Origin: Bdellovibrionales bacterium
GTDB taxonomy: Bacteria; Bdellovibrionota; Bdellovibrionia; Bdellovibrionales; UBA1609
Direction: 5' to 3'
NCBI GenBank assembly: GCA_050246815.1
Contig: JBFWVI010000050.1
Span: 1-20,089, forward strand
DNA: 20,089 nucleotides
The notes below the pieces were generated by a model. The model did not search any database, was not told where the DNA came from, and worked only from the letters and a program-made list of their open reading frames with translations. Positions 8,886-17,537 of this stretch are shown in pieces; within the stretch, counting starts at the first letter, position 1, and each line of letters opens with the position of its first letter. The position numbers and the translations under genes are program-made.

Positions 8886-9608
8886 ATGAAGCTGTTTTTT
8901 GCATTCATCATCATATTGGTTCTTAATTTTTTAGTATTGGCTCAGTCTTTCGCTGGCGACCCTGAGGCCGCGGCCGAGCGACAAGCGCGTCATTCACCTG
9001 GGGCAGCCCATCAGACGGGCAGAATTTTTAAAGCCTTCAGCGAAATGGCCGATCGACTGGGTTCACGCGATGAGTCTTTTCCAGACGAGCGCAGCGTTCG
9101 TTGCATCGGTCGGCGCTGTTTCGGGTTGACGACAAGTATGACCCAGAACTTCCATATCATTTCAGTTTTAACAAAACCCAGTTTCGATATCAAAAGAACG
9201 TCATCTGTGGACAGCTTTAAGGTCATGGAATTGCGCGAAGCCGCACAAGCAGAATTTCGTCAACTGCTGATTAAAATCTTTGAATCTCATGTCAATCAAG
9301 GTCGATACGAGTACGAGCAAGCTTTTGCCGCGCTAGAAATTGTCGCGGCATGGAAAAAAGGCCCCATCAGGTTTTCATTCGCTACAGGCTATGCGACCGC
9401 AGAACACCACGGTTATTTTGTCGAAGTCATCAAAGGACTTTTGCCCATTCTGGAGCTGGATGACGACGCCATGATGCAGAGCTTGCGTGAAATAGCCGCG
9501 CAGGCCGGCAATCAGCCGGGCAAAAAGATTGCCCGCTTTGCACAAATGACAACCAGCACAACTCCAGCAGGTGGCTGCGATTATCCATTGTTGCAAATCA
9601 CTCGATGA
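8886..9608 (+). CDS. Secreted hypothetical protein (~240 aa)
   Basis: ATG 8886 after AAAGG; signal peptide MKLFFAFIIILVLNFLVLAQSFA. No recognisable family. Confidence 0.75.
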   Translation: MKLFFAFIIILVLNFLVLAQSFAGDPEAAAERQARHSPGAAHQTGRIFKAFSEMADRLGSRDESFPDERSVRCIGRRCFGLTTSMTQNFHIISVLTKPSFDIKRTSSVDSFKVMELREAAQAEFRQLLIKIFESHVNQGRYEYEQAFAALEIVAAWKKGPIRFSFATGYATAEHHGYFVEVIKGLLPILELDDDAMMQSLREIAAQAGNQPGKKIARFAQMTTSTTPAGGCDYPLLQITR

Positions 9609-9622
9609 GTTTGTTCGCGCCA

Positions 9623-10405
9623 TCAGTGCGCAGGAATCTCATGACTTGCATTTAAAGTGGTGGCGTACTGATTCAAGAACTTCGCGACGCGTGGTTTGTA
9701 TTCTTCGGGAAAGCGTTGCAAGCCATCGATGTGGCCGGCCTCGGGAAGAGTTAAAGTTTCCAAATGCAGTCCCGAGTTATTGCCGCTGAAGACCTTATCG
9801 ATAGCTTCGATCGGCACTAGTTGATCTTGCCAGGCACGAATGCTTAAAACTGGAAAGTTTTGTGGTAATTTGTTTAGGGCACTGTGCAGGTCTTCGGCTA
9901 AGTCCCAAACTTCTAGACTGGCCGCGCTCAAAGAAACACGTGTGGGGCGCAGCCAAATCGGCGTGGGTTCGATGTGGGTGAAGTAGTTCCAAAGGCAAGT
10001 CAGCAGCATCAAAAACGGCCCCCCATCGCAGATCCAGGCCCGCACGTCTTTTCGTGCGCTCATAGAGATCAAGGCTGGTGCCGAGGGGAATGAAAAGCTG
10101 TAGACAATCTTAGGGCCGGGGACGGCGTTCAAGACATCTGTGATCTCGTTGATCCAGCGCTTGCGTAAAAGCAAATGAGCGTCTTTGAGCACGGGCTTGT
10201 CGATTTTATTCAGTAGCCCCAAGCGGTGGCCATTACTAAGCGTGAAGGCCACCGAGTCCATGCCCAGATCGTTCAAAAAATCTTGGTGCGGTTTCACGCT
10301 TGCAGCATGGCCCCCATAGTGATGCACAAATACCGCGGTTTCTTGGAACCGCTTTTGTTTCGCCCGCGAATAGCGGCCTTTGCCGGGTAAACGTTCAGTT
10401 GACAT
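9623..10405 (-). CDS. Alpha/beta hydrolase fold protein
   Basis: AVFVHHYGG oxyanion region, YSFSFP at the nucleophile position, QDQLVP (Asp), AGHIDG (His). Start at ATG 10405 just after the upstream stop. Confidence 0.75.
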   Translation of the reverse strand: MSTERLPGKGRYSRAKQKRFQETAVFVHHYGGHAASVKPHQDFLNDLGMDSVAFTLSNGHRLGLLNKIDKPVLKDAHLLLRKRWINEITDVLNAVPGPKIVYSFSFPSAPALISMSARKDVRAWICDGGPFLMLLTCLWNYFTHIEPTPIWLRPTRVSLSAASLEVWDLAEDLHSALNKLPQNFPVLSIRAWQDQLVPIEAIDKVFSGNNSGLHLETLTLPEAGHIDGLQRFPEEYKPRVAKFLNQYATTLNASHEIPAH

Positions 10406-10410
10406 CGCGG

Positions 10411-13224
10411 TTAGTGCTTCTCGCCTTGGCCGCTGCTCCACAGTTGGCGCCAATCGGTGGCGGGCGAGGTGTGGGTTTGCGAATCGTTCAGCAAGCGTGG
10501 TGAGATTTCCACTCTTTCAAGCGCTGTTTCTGACAGCACCTTGCCACAGGCTTCGACGACCGAAGCGGCGTTGATATGGTGATAGGCATAAACGTCACTG
10601 GGGCGGCCGCAGCGTGAGTGTTTGCGCACGGCCAAGACTTCTTGGCGTACACCCACGATCGAACCCAAATTGTCCAGCAGGCCAATTTCACCATCGTGCA
10701 CGCTGACCATGGGCACGCGACGGCCCGACATGGTCAGCATTTCGCCCACGTGTGTGGTGCCGTTCATGTGCGGTTGCAGATAAAGTGTCGCGTTCACGCC
10801 CAGCGTTTGCCGCAGGTGATGGTAATCATTTTCATGGGCCAAATTACCGGCTAAAAGATCAGGGCTGGTCACCATGATCACGTTGGCATAGATGCCTTTT
10901 TCTAAAAGCTCGCGCGAAGCCTTGATGGCTTCGGTGCCCAAGCTTCCCATCGCGAAAATATTGACCACGTTGTCGCCGGGTTCGTAACCAGCATAACCGC
11001 GGTAATCGATCAAGTAATATGCTCCGCTTAAGACATCGTCGCGTACGGATTTCAAGATGTCGGTGTCGGCCCAAGTTTCCACCTGGGACTCATCTGTCGC
11101 GCCCGCCACTTCAAGTCCTTTGGGTGAGAGCAATTGGCCGTCGGCTAAGGCATTTTTAAAGCGGCGCTGGGTTTTTAAAAGATTCAAGAAATCCTTTTGT
11201 TCCACTCCGCGGGTGACGCCGCGAATATTCACACCGCTACGGCCTTCGTTGTCGAAGGTCATGTGGCGGCGAACGGCGTCGACCAAAATCCAATCCAATT
11301 CTTGGCAATAGAAGGGCTCCCAAGTGATCTGGTTGGGGATTTGAAAGTCCGACTTCCAACCGTGTTGCGCACCCTCAGGAGAAAGCGTCACGCCCGACGG
11401 AGTTCCCACCAGAATGAAGCTGGATTTCCAATACAAGTTGTAAAAATATTGGTCCAAAGCGCGTTTGACGAAGAAATCATACACGGTCATCAGTGGCAAA
11501 AGGGGAATGCCCAAAACATCGCGCATACGGCCGAAGGAGCCCATGCAAGACATCACGTTGGCTTCGGCGATTTCAAAGCGCAAGAAACGATCGGATTCTT
11601 CTTCGCCCGGAATCAGGTCGGGCAAAGATTTGTCTTTGACGCCATATTCGCTCTCAAGGTCCTCTTCGACAACCGGCGCACCGTAGATTTTGCCATCCAT
11701 CGCGGGGTTTAAATTGGTGCTGGTGCCCACGTCTGGCGCCATTGACACCAACATTTCGGCCGCAAGCTTAAAAGTCTTTTCGCGCTCGGAAAGGGGCTTT
11801 TGTTTCTCTTTTAATTTTTTCTCGTTTAGCGGCGTGTTTGCGATACGTGTTAATTTGGCCGTCAGCTGACCTAGCATCCACTGGGTGTGAGGGTAGCTGG
11901 CCAATTTCAAGTTGATATCCAGGGTTTCGGGCATTTCACCCAAATCGGCCATTTCTTTTTTAAAGCGGGCGATGTTGCGGGATTTAATCGCGTGCTGCTC
12001 ACGGATTTCGGCGTAAAGTTGTTCGCCACGTTCTTTTAAGAAATAGCCTTCTTCGCTTTTCGCATCAAAACGGGCGAAAAGTTGATCAGCTTTCAAACCT
12101 TGGGCTTCACGAAGTTGATCGATTTCGGCTTGTTCGGGAAGGCTTGAATGATTGCCGGGGGTCGCGGCCATCTTCAACTGCCAACCTTTAATGGTGTGCG
12201 CGATGATCATGGTGGGGCGCCGCTTGTCGCGTTTACTTTGTTCCATAGCTTCGATCAGCGAGGGCAGATCATGGCCGCCCATGTCGCGCAAAGCTTCGTA
12301 CAGATCCTGGTCGTTCACATTTTTCAAGAAGTTGGCTAGATCTTTATGTTGGGCCAACAGCTCATCGCGAATCTCTTTGCCGGTTTTAAGTTGCAATAAA
12401 ACCTGCAATTCGTAATCGGCCAAGTCAGTCTCAAGTAGCCTTTTAAATTTCTCGCCATCGGGAAGCATAAAGATCGCTTTGCGCTTTTGGCCGTGGCGGA
12501 CTTGAATGACTTCCCAACCATTGGCCTCCATGGTGCGTTCGATGCGAGTGGCGTCGGTGCCCGACATCACGCCCTTGTTGGTAATGCGATGGCCGTCCAG
12601 GCTTTGACGGTTGTAGTCGATGATCCAAGTCAGGTTGCCCAGTTCTCGTTCGGCGAAGTCAGGAATAGCTTCGTGCAAAGAGCCTTCGCGAAATTCTGAA
12701 TCGCCGATCAAAGACCAAAAGTGAGCTTCAGGCGCTTCGTAGCCATGTTTGCGTGCGAAGTTGTAAGCAAGAGCGAGGTAGCCCGCATTGACTGGTGGAA
12801 TCCCGACTGTGCCCGACGGAAAGAAGTTGTGATGATCCGGATCGTAAATCGAATGGTAAGATTGAAATCCGTATTCACCTGCGGGAGGGAAGGCGCGCAG
12901 GTGGTGCATGGCTTTTTCGGCCTCTTCGGGGCTTAGCCTGGACAAATCCGACTTCAACAACAAGTCCATCATATAATTGAAAGAGTGGTCGGCCGGCGAG
13001 GCGTGAGGTTTCACCGCGATATGGTCAAAGCCGGTTTTTACAACCAAGTGAAGGGCACCTAAAATATGTAGGGCGCTGGCGCTTGCCGAACTGTGGCCAC
13101 CCACTTTGGGGTCGCCCTTTTCAACATCTGCACGATTGTTGGCGACATGAATCATCTGATTTGCCAAATAGTGGGCCCGGCGTAACACACGGTCCAAGAC
13201 CTTGAAGTTTAACTTTTTGCTCAT
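10411..13224 (-). CDS. aceE: AceE-like pyruvate/2-oxoacid dehydrogenase E1 (homodimeric transketolase-type ThDP enzyme)
   Basis: KVGGH, ThDP motif GDSEFREG...DYNRQSLDG, GGHD, IIAHTIKG, EIAEAN, GVTLSPEGAQH. ATG 13224 after GAGGA. Confidence 0.8.
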   Translation of the reverse strand: MSKKLNFKVLDRVLRRAHYLANQMIHVANNRADVEKGDPKVGGHSSASASALHILGALHLVVKTGFDHIAVKPHASPADHSFNYMMDLLLKSDLSRLSPEEAEKAMHHLRAFPPAGEYGFQSYHSIYDPDHHNFFPSGTVGIPPVNAGYLALAYNFARKHGYEAPEAHFWSLIGDSEFREGSLHEAIPDFAERELGNLTWIIDYNRQSLDGHRITNKGVMSGTDATRIERTMEANGWEVIQVRHGQKRKAIFMLPDGEKFKRLLETDLADYELQVLLQLKTGKEIRDELLAQHKDLANFLKNVNDQDLYEALRDMGGHDLPSLIEAMEQSKRDKRRPTMIIAHTIKGWQLKMAATPGNHSSLPEQAEIDQLREAQGLKADQLFARFDAKSEEGYFLKERGEQLYAEIREQHAIKSRNIARFKKEMADLGEMPETLDINLKLASYPHTQWMLGQLTAKLTRIANTPLNEKKLKEKQKPLSEREKTFKLAAEMLVSMAPDVGTSTNLNPAMDGKIYGAPVVEEDLESEYGVKDKSLPDLIPGEEESDRFLRFEIAEANVMSCMGSFGRMRDVLGIPLLPLMTVYDFFVKRALDQYFYNLYWKSSFILVGTPSGVTLSPEGAQHGWKSDFQIPNQITWEPFYCQELDWILVDAVRRHMTFDNEGRSGVNIRGVTRGVEQKDFLNLLKTQRRFKNALADGQLLSPKGLEVAGATDESQVETWADTDILKSVRDDVLSGAYYLIDYRGYAGYEPGDNVVNIFAMGSLGTEAIKASRELLEKGIYANVIMVTSPDLLAGNLAHENDYHHLRQTLGVNATLYLQPHMNGTTHVGEMLTMSGRRVPMVSVHDGEIGLLDNLGSIVGVRQEVLAVRKHSRCGRPSDVYAYHHINAASVVEACGKVLSETALERVEISPRLLNDSQTHTSPATDWRQLWSSGQGEKH

Positions 13225-13253
13225 AAATTCCTCATTCATTTTGGGCTTTGGCG

Positions 13254-13282
13254 AATCTAAATGCGATCCGCTCTAGAGGCAA
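13254..13282 (-). promoter_or_regulatory. Putative sigma70 promoter of the aceE-like gene
   Basis: TTGCCT (13282-13277), 17 nt spacer, TAGATT (13259-13254). Confidence 0.5.
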
Positions 13283-13776
13283 GGCACGTGACGGGTCAAT
13301 TGCGGATCCGCCAGGCCTTGCAGGGTTTTATTTCGTATTAACTCTTGGCTGCCCGTCGTAGTGAGAACCAGGGGGAAGCCCTGCTCGTCAGCTTGCACCA
13401 TATGAAAGGGCGCCCTGTGTCCATGCTGCACCGCCACACTGGCCAACTGGTTCAATTTAGTCACATCTCCAAAGGTCATCTCGGCTGGCAACACGATGGC
13501 GGGTTGGTCCCCCAACGCCAGCGCTGCGCGCAAATTGGTCAGCAAATTGGCCTGGGTTTCATTGGTATCGAAGACCAGCTCACAGCGTTCCAGCGACGGG
13601 CACTTGATCAGCGCACGGTCGGCCATTTCGCCGGCCAAAACCACAATGCAATTTTGGCTCAGCGCCTGCGCTTCGCGAATGCGCTGCTCCAGGCGAGGCT
13701 TGCCGTTTTCATCTTCGAGCCAGGGGCAGTTGTCGGATGTGCAGGGTTTATAACCCGCGAGAAGAATTACTCTCAT
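13273..13776 (-). CDS. Degenerate MobA/MocA-like NTP-transferase domain protein (~167 aa)
   Basis: N-terminal VILLAG, GKP.L, CIVVLAG, AIVLPAEM and GFPLVL follow the MocA-family motif order. ATG 13776 is 7 nt after AAGGA. Confidence 0.55.
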   Translation of the reverse strand: MRVILLAGYKPCTSDNCPWLEDENGKPRLEQRIREAQALSQNCIVVLAGEMADRALIKCPSLERCELVFDTNETQANLLTNLRAALALGDQPAIVLPAEMTFGDVTKLNQLASVAVQHGHRAPFHMVQADEQGFPLVLTTTGSQELIRNKTLQGLADPQLTRHVPCL

Positions 13777-14653
13777 GGCCATATCCTTCGGCTTGATCGG
13801 TGTGGTTGTTGGGGAAAACATCATTGTTTGCCTCGAGCACAAAATCCCAGCGGATCTGAATCACGCCATCATCGTTGATTAACCCGCGGGGCGGATTGGG
13901 GAAGGGTTGAGCGGCGCGAAAAGCTTCCACGGCGGCGTCATCCAATTGTTCAAGACCACTGGGGGTCACCACATCGACTCGCATCAGTTCGCCAAGATTG
14001 TTCAGCGTGATCACCACTTGGGTGACGTGATCTTTGCTAGAGGCGATGCTGCGACCTTGGCGATAGATCATTTTCACTTTGCCACGCACAGTGGGTTCCC
14101 AATGCTGACGGATACGCTCTTTAATGCGCGAGTAGTAAGTGTAATAAACGAATTCGCGGGTCGACAACATCGTCTGCATGTCGACGGCGACGTCTTTCAG
14201 GTAATCGTCAGTTTGGGCGGCCTGATTTTGTTTGCCTTCATCGCCGGTGATTTGTGGTTGTACAGGTTGGGGCTTGAATTGCGGTGCTAGACTAGAAAGG
14301 CTGGGCAGACTTTTTTTGTTTTGTGCTTGCTGAGGCGCCACTTGACTGCGGGCAGCCGCATTTTGCATGGGGCCTTGGTTGGCGGCTCGAGTTTGCTTTT
14401 TCACTTTTTGATCAAAGGCGCTTAAAAATTTGCTGTCCTCATCTTTTTCTTCGTTTAAGCGATCTTTTTGTTCGACGATTTGCATATTGTCGCGAGTGGC
14501 GGGGTCGATTTCCAGGATTTCGACCTGGACTTGTTCTTGGGCGGGGCGTTTAGGCACGGAAGGATTCAGCGTCAGGCCCAGCCAGAAAAACGCGTGCAAA
14601 ATAAGCGAGCCCAGAACAAAAACAACAAGCGGGCGCTGAAGCTTTTTAAACAT
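13748..14653 (-). CDS. TonB-family energy transducer-like protein
   Basis: N-terminal TM helix with SLILH (SxxxH), Q/P-rich linker, TonB/TolA C-terminal domain (YYSRIKERIRQHW...PSG...LDDAAVEAFRAAQPFPNPP). Confidence 0.88.
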   Translation of the reverse strand: MFKKLQRPLVVFVLGSLILHAFFWLGLTLNPSVPKRPAQEQVQVEILEIDPATRDNMQIVEQKDRLNEEKDEDSKFLSAFDQKVKKQTRAANQGPMQNAAARSQVAPQQAQNKKSLPSLSSLAPQFKPQPVQPQITGDEGKQNQAAQTDDYLKDVAVDMQTMLSTREFVYYTYYSRIKERIRQHWEPTVRGKVKMIYRQGRSIASSKDHVTQVVITLNNLGELMRVDVVTPSGLEQLDDAAVEAFRAAQPFPNPPRGLINDDGVIQIRWDFVLEANNDVFPNNHTDQAEGYGHESNSSRGL

Positions 14654-14671
14654 CCAAACCTCTTCAAAGAT

Positions 14672-14699
14672 TTATCGGCTGGATGCGCGGATGTTTTGA
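14672..14699 (-). promoter_or_regulatory. Putative sigma28 (FliA) promoter of the TonB-like gene
   Basis: (T)CAAA, 15 nt spacer, GCCGATAA. The -10 box matches the sigma28 consensus exactly. Confidence 0.65.
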
Positions 14700-14760
14700 G
14701 GTCCAAGACGATGCAATTTTGCTTCAAGCTTGAGCCATTGCGGCGTAGACTGTGGACTGA

Positions 14761-15489
14761 ATGAAATTTGATGTGGCTGCGTTGACCGATGTGGGTCTAA
14801 AACGCGAAATAAATCAGGATTCAGTGCTTGTCGATCACGACTTAGGTCTGTTTGTGGTGGCCGATGGCATGGGTGGGCATCGTGGTGGCGAAGTGGCCTC
14901 GGCTTTGGCCGTGGAAACCGTGCAGGATTTTATTCGTGAACGCGGCCCCGATGCGTTGAAAACCCCAAAAAAATTGTTGGTTGAGGCCTATCGCGAAGCC
15001 AGTGCCCGCATTCATCACAAAAGCACTTACGAGTCGCCAGAATTGATGGGCATGGGCACGACCATGGTCTTGATGTTGGCGGTCAATGAGCGCGCCTACA
15101 TCGCCAACGTGGGTGACTCACGTTGCTATTTATTCCGTGCGCCCTATTTATGGCAAATCACCGAGGATCACTCGCTGATCAACGAGCAAATCAAAGCTGG
15201 CGTGATTTTAGAGGAAGAGGCTGGCCATGTGCTTGGTCGTAACGTGATCACCCGCAGTGTGGGCTTTGAGCGTGAGGTCATGGCCGATATCATTGAGCGT
15301 CCGATTCAAGATGGTGACATGTTCTTGCTGTGTTCAGATGGCTTGTCGGGTCTAGTTTCCAATGACAGAATCGCCGACGTCTGTAAAAAGGGGGCCTTAA
15401 AAGAGATGGCCCAAAAATGCGTGGCCGAAGCTAAACGAGCTGGCGGTGACGACAATGTTTCGGTGATCTTAGTCCGGCCTAACGTCTGA
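14761..15489 (+). CDS. PP2C-type Ser/Thr protein phosphatase (Stp1/PrpC family)
   Basis: TDVGLKREINQD, VADGMGGH, MGTT, ANVGDSR, LLCSDGL, GGDDNVS. Confidence 0.96.
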   Translation: MKFDVAALTDVGLKREINQDSVLVDHDLGLFVVADGMGGHRGGEVASALAVETVQDFIRERGPDALKTPKKLLVEAYREASARIHHKSTYESPELMGMGTTMVLMLAVNERAYIANVGDSRCYLFRAPYLWQITEDHSLINEQIKAGVILEEEAGHVLGRNVITRSVGFEREVMADIIERPIQDGDMFLLCSDGLSGLVSNDRIADVCKKGALKEMAQKCVAEAKRAGGDDNVSVILVRPNV

Positions 15490-15500
15490 CCCAGTCCGTC

Positions 15501-15530
15501 TTGACGCAACTTCCCACTTTCCCTTAAAGT
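15501..15530 (+). promoter_or_regulatory. Putative sigma70 promoter of the M23 gene
   Basis: TTGACG (15501-15506), 18 nt spacer, TAAAGT (15525-15530), ending 8 nt before the ATG. Confidence 0.5.
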
Positions 15531-15538
15531 TAAAGAAC

Positions 15539-16546
15539 ATGGACCGCAAAAGCTACACCCTCATATTCGCCAGCAATCGGCGGGGCGACACTCGCAGTTG
15601 GACTTTGCCTGCTTCATGGGTGAAGGGCGGATTGATTCTGGGTTTCACAGTTGCGGTGATTTTTTCAGCCGCCGCCATCGATTACTTTGGATTGTTGCTC
15701 GAGGCCGGTCAAAGCAAGGTATTGCGTGCAGAAAATGATCAGTTAAAACGCCAGTTTCAGGTGGTTGAAAGTAAACTCACGTCGCTTGAATCAAGTCTTG
15801 AGCGTGTGCAAAATTTCACTCGTAAATTAAAGGCCATCACCAACGTGGAAGATGAAGGCCGTGCCGTAAGTTTGGCGCTCGGGCCTGGCCCGAAACCAGG
15901 TCAAGATTTGCCGGCCGAAGAAGACGGTGGCAGCACTGACCGTGCGCCTAGTTCTGAGCTGCTGATCAAAGATTCTCCGTTTGATGAGCATGCTCCCGTG
16001 AATGAAGAAGGCGGCGAACTGGCCCGTGATGTGGTGCGAAATTATGCCTCACTTTCAGTTCGTATCGATCGTGCGGTCAAACAGACCCAGTTGCGTGAAC
16101 AAGGGGTATTGCAACTTTGGGAAACTTTGTCTGAGCGACAAAGTTTGATCAACGCCACACCCAATATTAAACCGGCGCGTGGTTGGTTCACTTCACGTTT
16201 TGGTTATCGGGTTGACCCCTTCACGGGAAAACCTGAAATGCACGCCGGTCTGGATATCGCGGCTCCCCCCGGCACTCCGGTTTACGCGCCGGCGGACGGA
16301 GTCATCTCGTACATTGGCTTTGAAGGCGGCTATGGCCGCATTGTCTCGATCGATCATGGTTACGGCGTTGTCACTCGCTTCGCACACAACTCGCGAGTCT
16401 TTGTTGAACAAGGACAAAAAGTTTCTCGCCGCGATGTGGTCTCCGCGATTGGCAGCACCGGCCGATCTTCAGGCCCGCATCTGCATTACGAAGTGCGAAT
16501 CAACGGGGTCCCCGTTGATCCGGAAAATTACATCTTAGACGAATAG
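15539..16546 (+). CDS. M23 family peptidoglycan metalloendopeptidase with N-terminal TM and coiled coil
   Basis: HAGLD (HxxxD) and GPHLHYEV (HxH) zinc motifs, TRFAH, TM segment followed by a heptad region. Confidence 0.95.
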   Translation: MDRKSYTLIFASNRRGDTRSWTLPASWVKGGLILGFTVAVIFSAAAIDYFGLLLEAGQSKVLRAENDQLKRQFQVVESKLTSLESSLERVQNFTRKLKAITNVEDEGRAVSLALGPGPKPGQDLPAEEDGGSTDRAPSSELLIKDSPFDEHAPVNEEGGELARDVVRNYASLSVRIDRAVKQTQLREQGVLQLWETLSERQSLINATPNIKPARGWFTSRFGYRVDPFTGKPEMHAGLDIAAPPGTPVYAPADGVISYIGFEGGYGRIVSIDHGYGVVTRFAHNSRVFVEQGQKVSRRDVVSAIGSTGRSSGPHLHYEVRINGVPVDPENYILDE

Positions 16547-16737
16547 ACAAAGGGCACAGGTTCCCGCGAACCCGCAGGGGAGCCTCCCCCTCAAGTTGGA
16601 CGCACTTCATCCGCCGTTCACCGCTGCGGCTCGGGCCATCCAGGCCCTCGGCCCACGAGTACGTGGGCTGCCCTCCGCAGAGGTCCAACTTGAGGGGGAG
16701 GCTCCCCTGCGGGTTCGCAGAAATCTGTTCCTTTGTT
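16547..16737. repeat. Long inverted repeat element B (perfect 36-bp arms, nested hairpins, shared core)
   Basis: 16566-16601 is the exact reverse complement of 16683-16718. Imperfect outer arms acaaagggcacaggttcc / gaaatctgttcctttgt. Inner hairpins gggcc-atcca-ggccc and gcccacg-agta-cgtgggc. Confidence 0.92.
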
Positions 16738-16805
16738 CGCTTGGGAATTGGTCCGTGTGGCGGAAGTCGGAGGCCCGAAGCCCCCATTTTCGCAGAGGTT
16801 GATCG

Positions 16806-16828
16806 AGAGCCGCTTTCGCGACTCTTTT
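16806..16828. terminator. Terminator-like hairpin, duplicate of the rpsI terminator, between convergent genes
   Basis: agagccgc-tttc-gcgactct followed by ttt; 22 bp identical to 17544-17565. Confidence 0.6.
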
Positions 16829-16882
16829 CCTTATGACCTGCTATAAGAAATGAGGTCGTGCTCCATGCAAAAATGGGCCGGT

Positions 16883-17437
16883 TTATTTCTTTTTCGGTTC
16901 AGTTGGATCATCGGTTCCGTCGATGAAGGCCAAGAATTTTTCGCTTAGGTTCGAGGCTTTGGGGCCGACGGTGAAGGTCAACAATCCACCACTGATTTTA
17001 AAATCGGCTTGTTCGCCGGTACCCAGCTTACAGTCGATTTTTTTGATCAAAGTGGTCAGCTTCTTTTTATTGTTATTTTTTAAGTCCGCGGCGTTTCGGC
17101 ACATTAAGGAAATTTTGGTGCGCACTTCTTCGCAATAAAGCTCTGGATTCGCCGAGGCTTCCATGAAGGCAGGGACCATAGCTTTGTCCATGGTGATGTC
17201 TAGCTTTTGTCCGCACATATCGATGGGGTATTGGGCGTAGCTGAGGCTGGTGTCGTTCAAATATTTTTGCAGCTCTTTATATTTCGCTTCTTGCTCGGGA
17301 GTCAGCTTGACTTCAGGAGCTTTAGTCGTTGCGGGTGCGGTGGCTTTAGCGGCTGGCTTCTTTTTGTCGGCGGCGAAGGTGTTGCAAGCGACAAGGCCCG
17401 CGCAAACCAAACCCATGAGGCGCATTTTTTTAAGCAT
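16883..17437 (-). CDS. Secreted hypothetical protein with K/A/P/T linker and 4-Cys domain (184 aa)
   Basis: GGAGAG upstream, signal peptide ending TFA, low-complexity linker, four Cys in the mature domain. Confidence 0.8.
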   Translation of the reverse strand: MLKKMRLMGLVCAGLVACNTFAADKKKPAAKATAPATTKAPEVKLTPEQEAKYKELQKYLNDTSLSYAQYPIDMCGQKLDITMDKAMVPAFMEASANPELYCEEVRTKISLMCRNAADLKNNNKKKLTTLIKKIDCKLGTGEQADFKISGGLLTFTVGPKASNLSEKFLAFIDGTDDPTEPKKK

Positions 17438-17537
17438 GAAAGCTCTCCGTTGTTAAAATTTGATTTATCCATTTTGAAAGAGCCAGACTTGAAGTCAAGC
17501 GCGCTGAAGCGGGTCTTTTGTCTAAGCTTGTGGGCAT

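Noticed and set aside
16602..16682. Possible tRNA in the branched loop of element B
   Set aside because: No T-loop (TTCRA) or D-loop consensus in proper position, and no acceptor stem with CCA geometry.
16500..16802. 95-aa and 68-aa ORFs sharing VQLEGEAPLRVR
   Set aside because: The shared peptide is a by-product of the perfect inverted repeat read on both strands.
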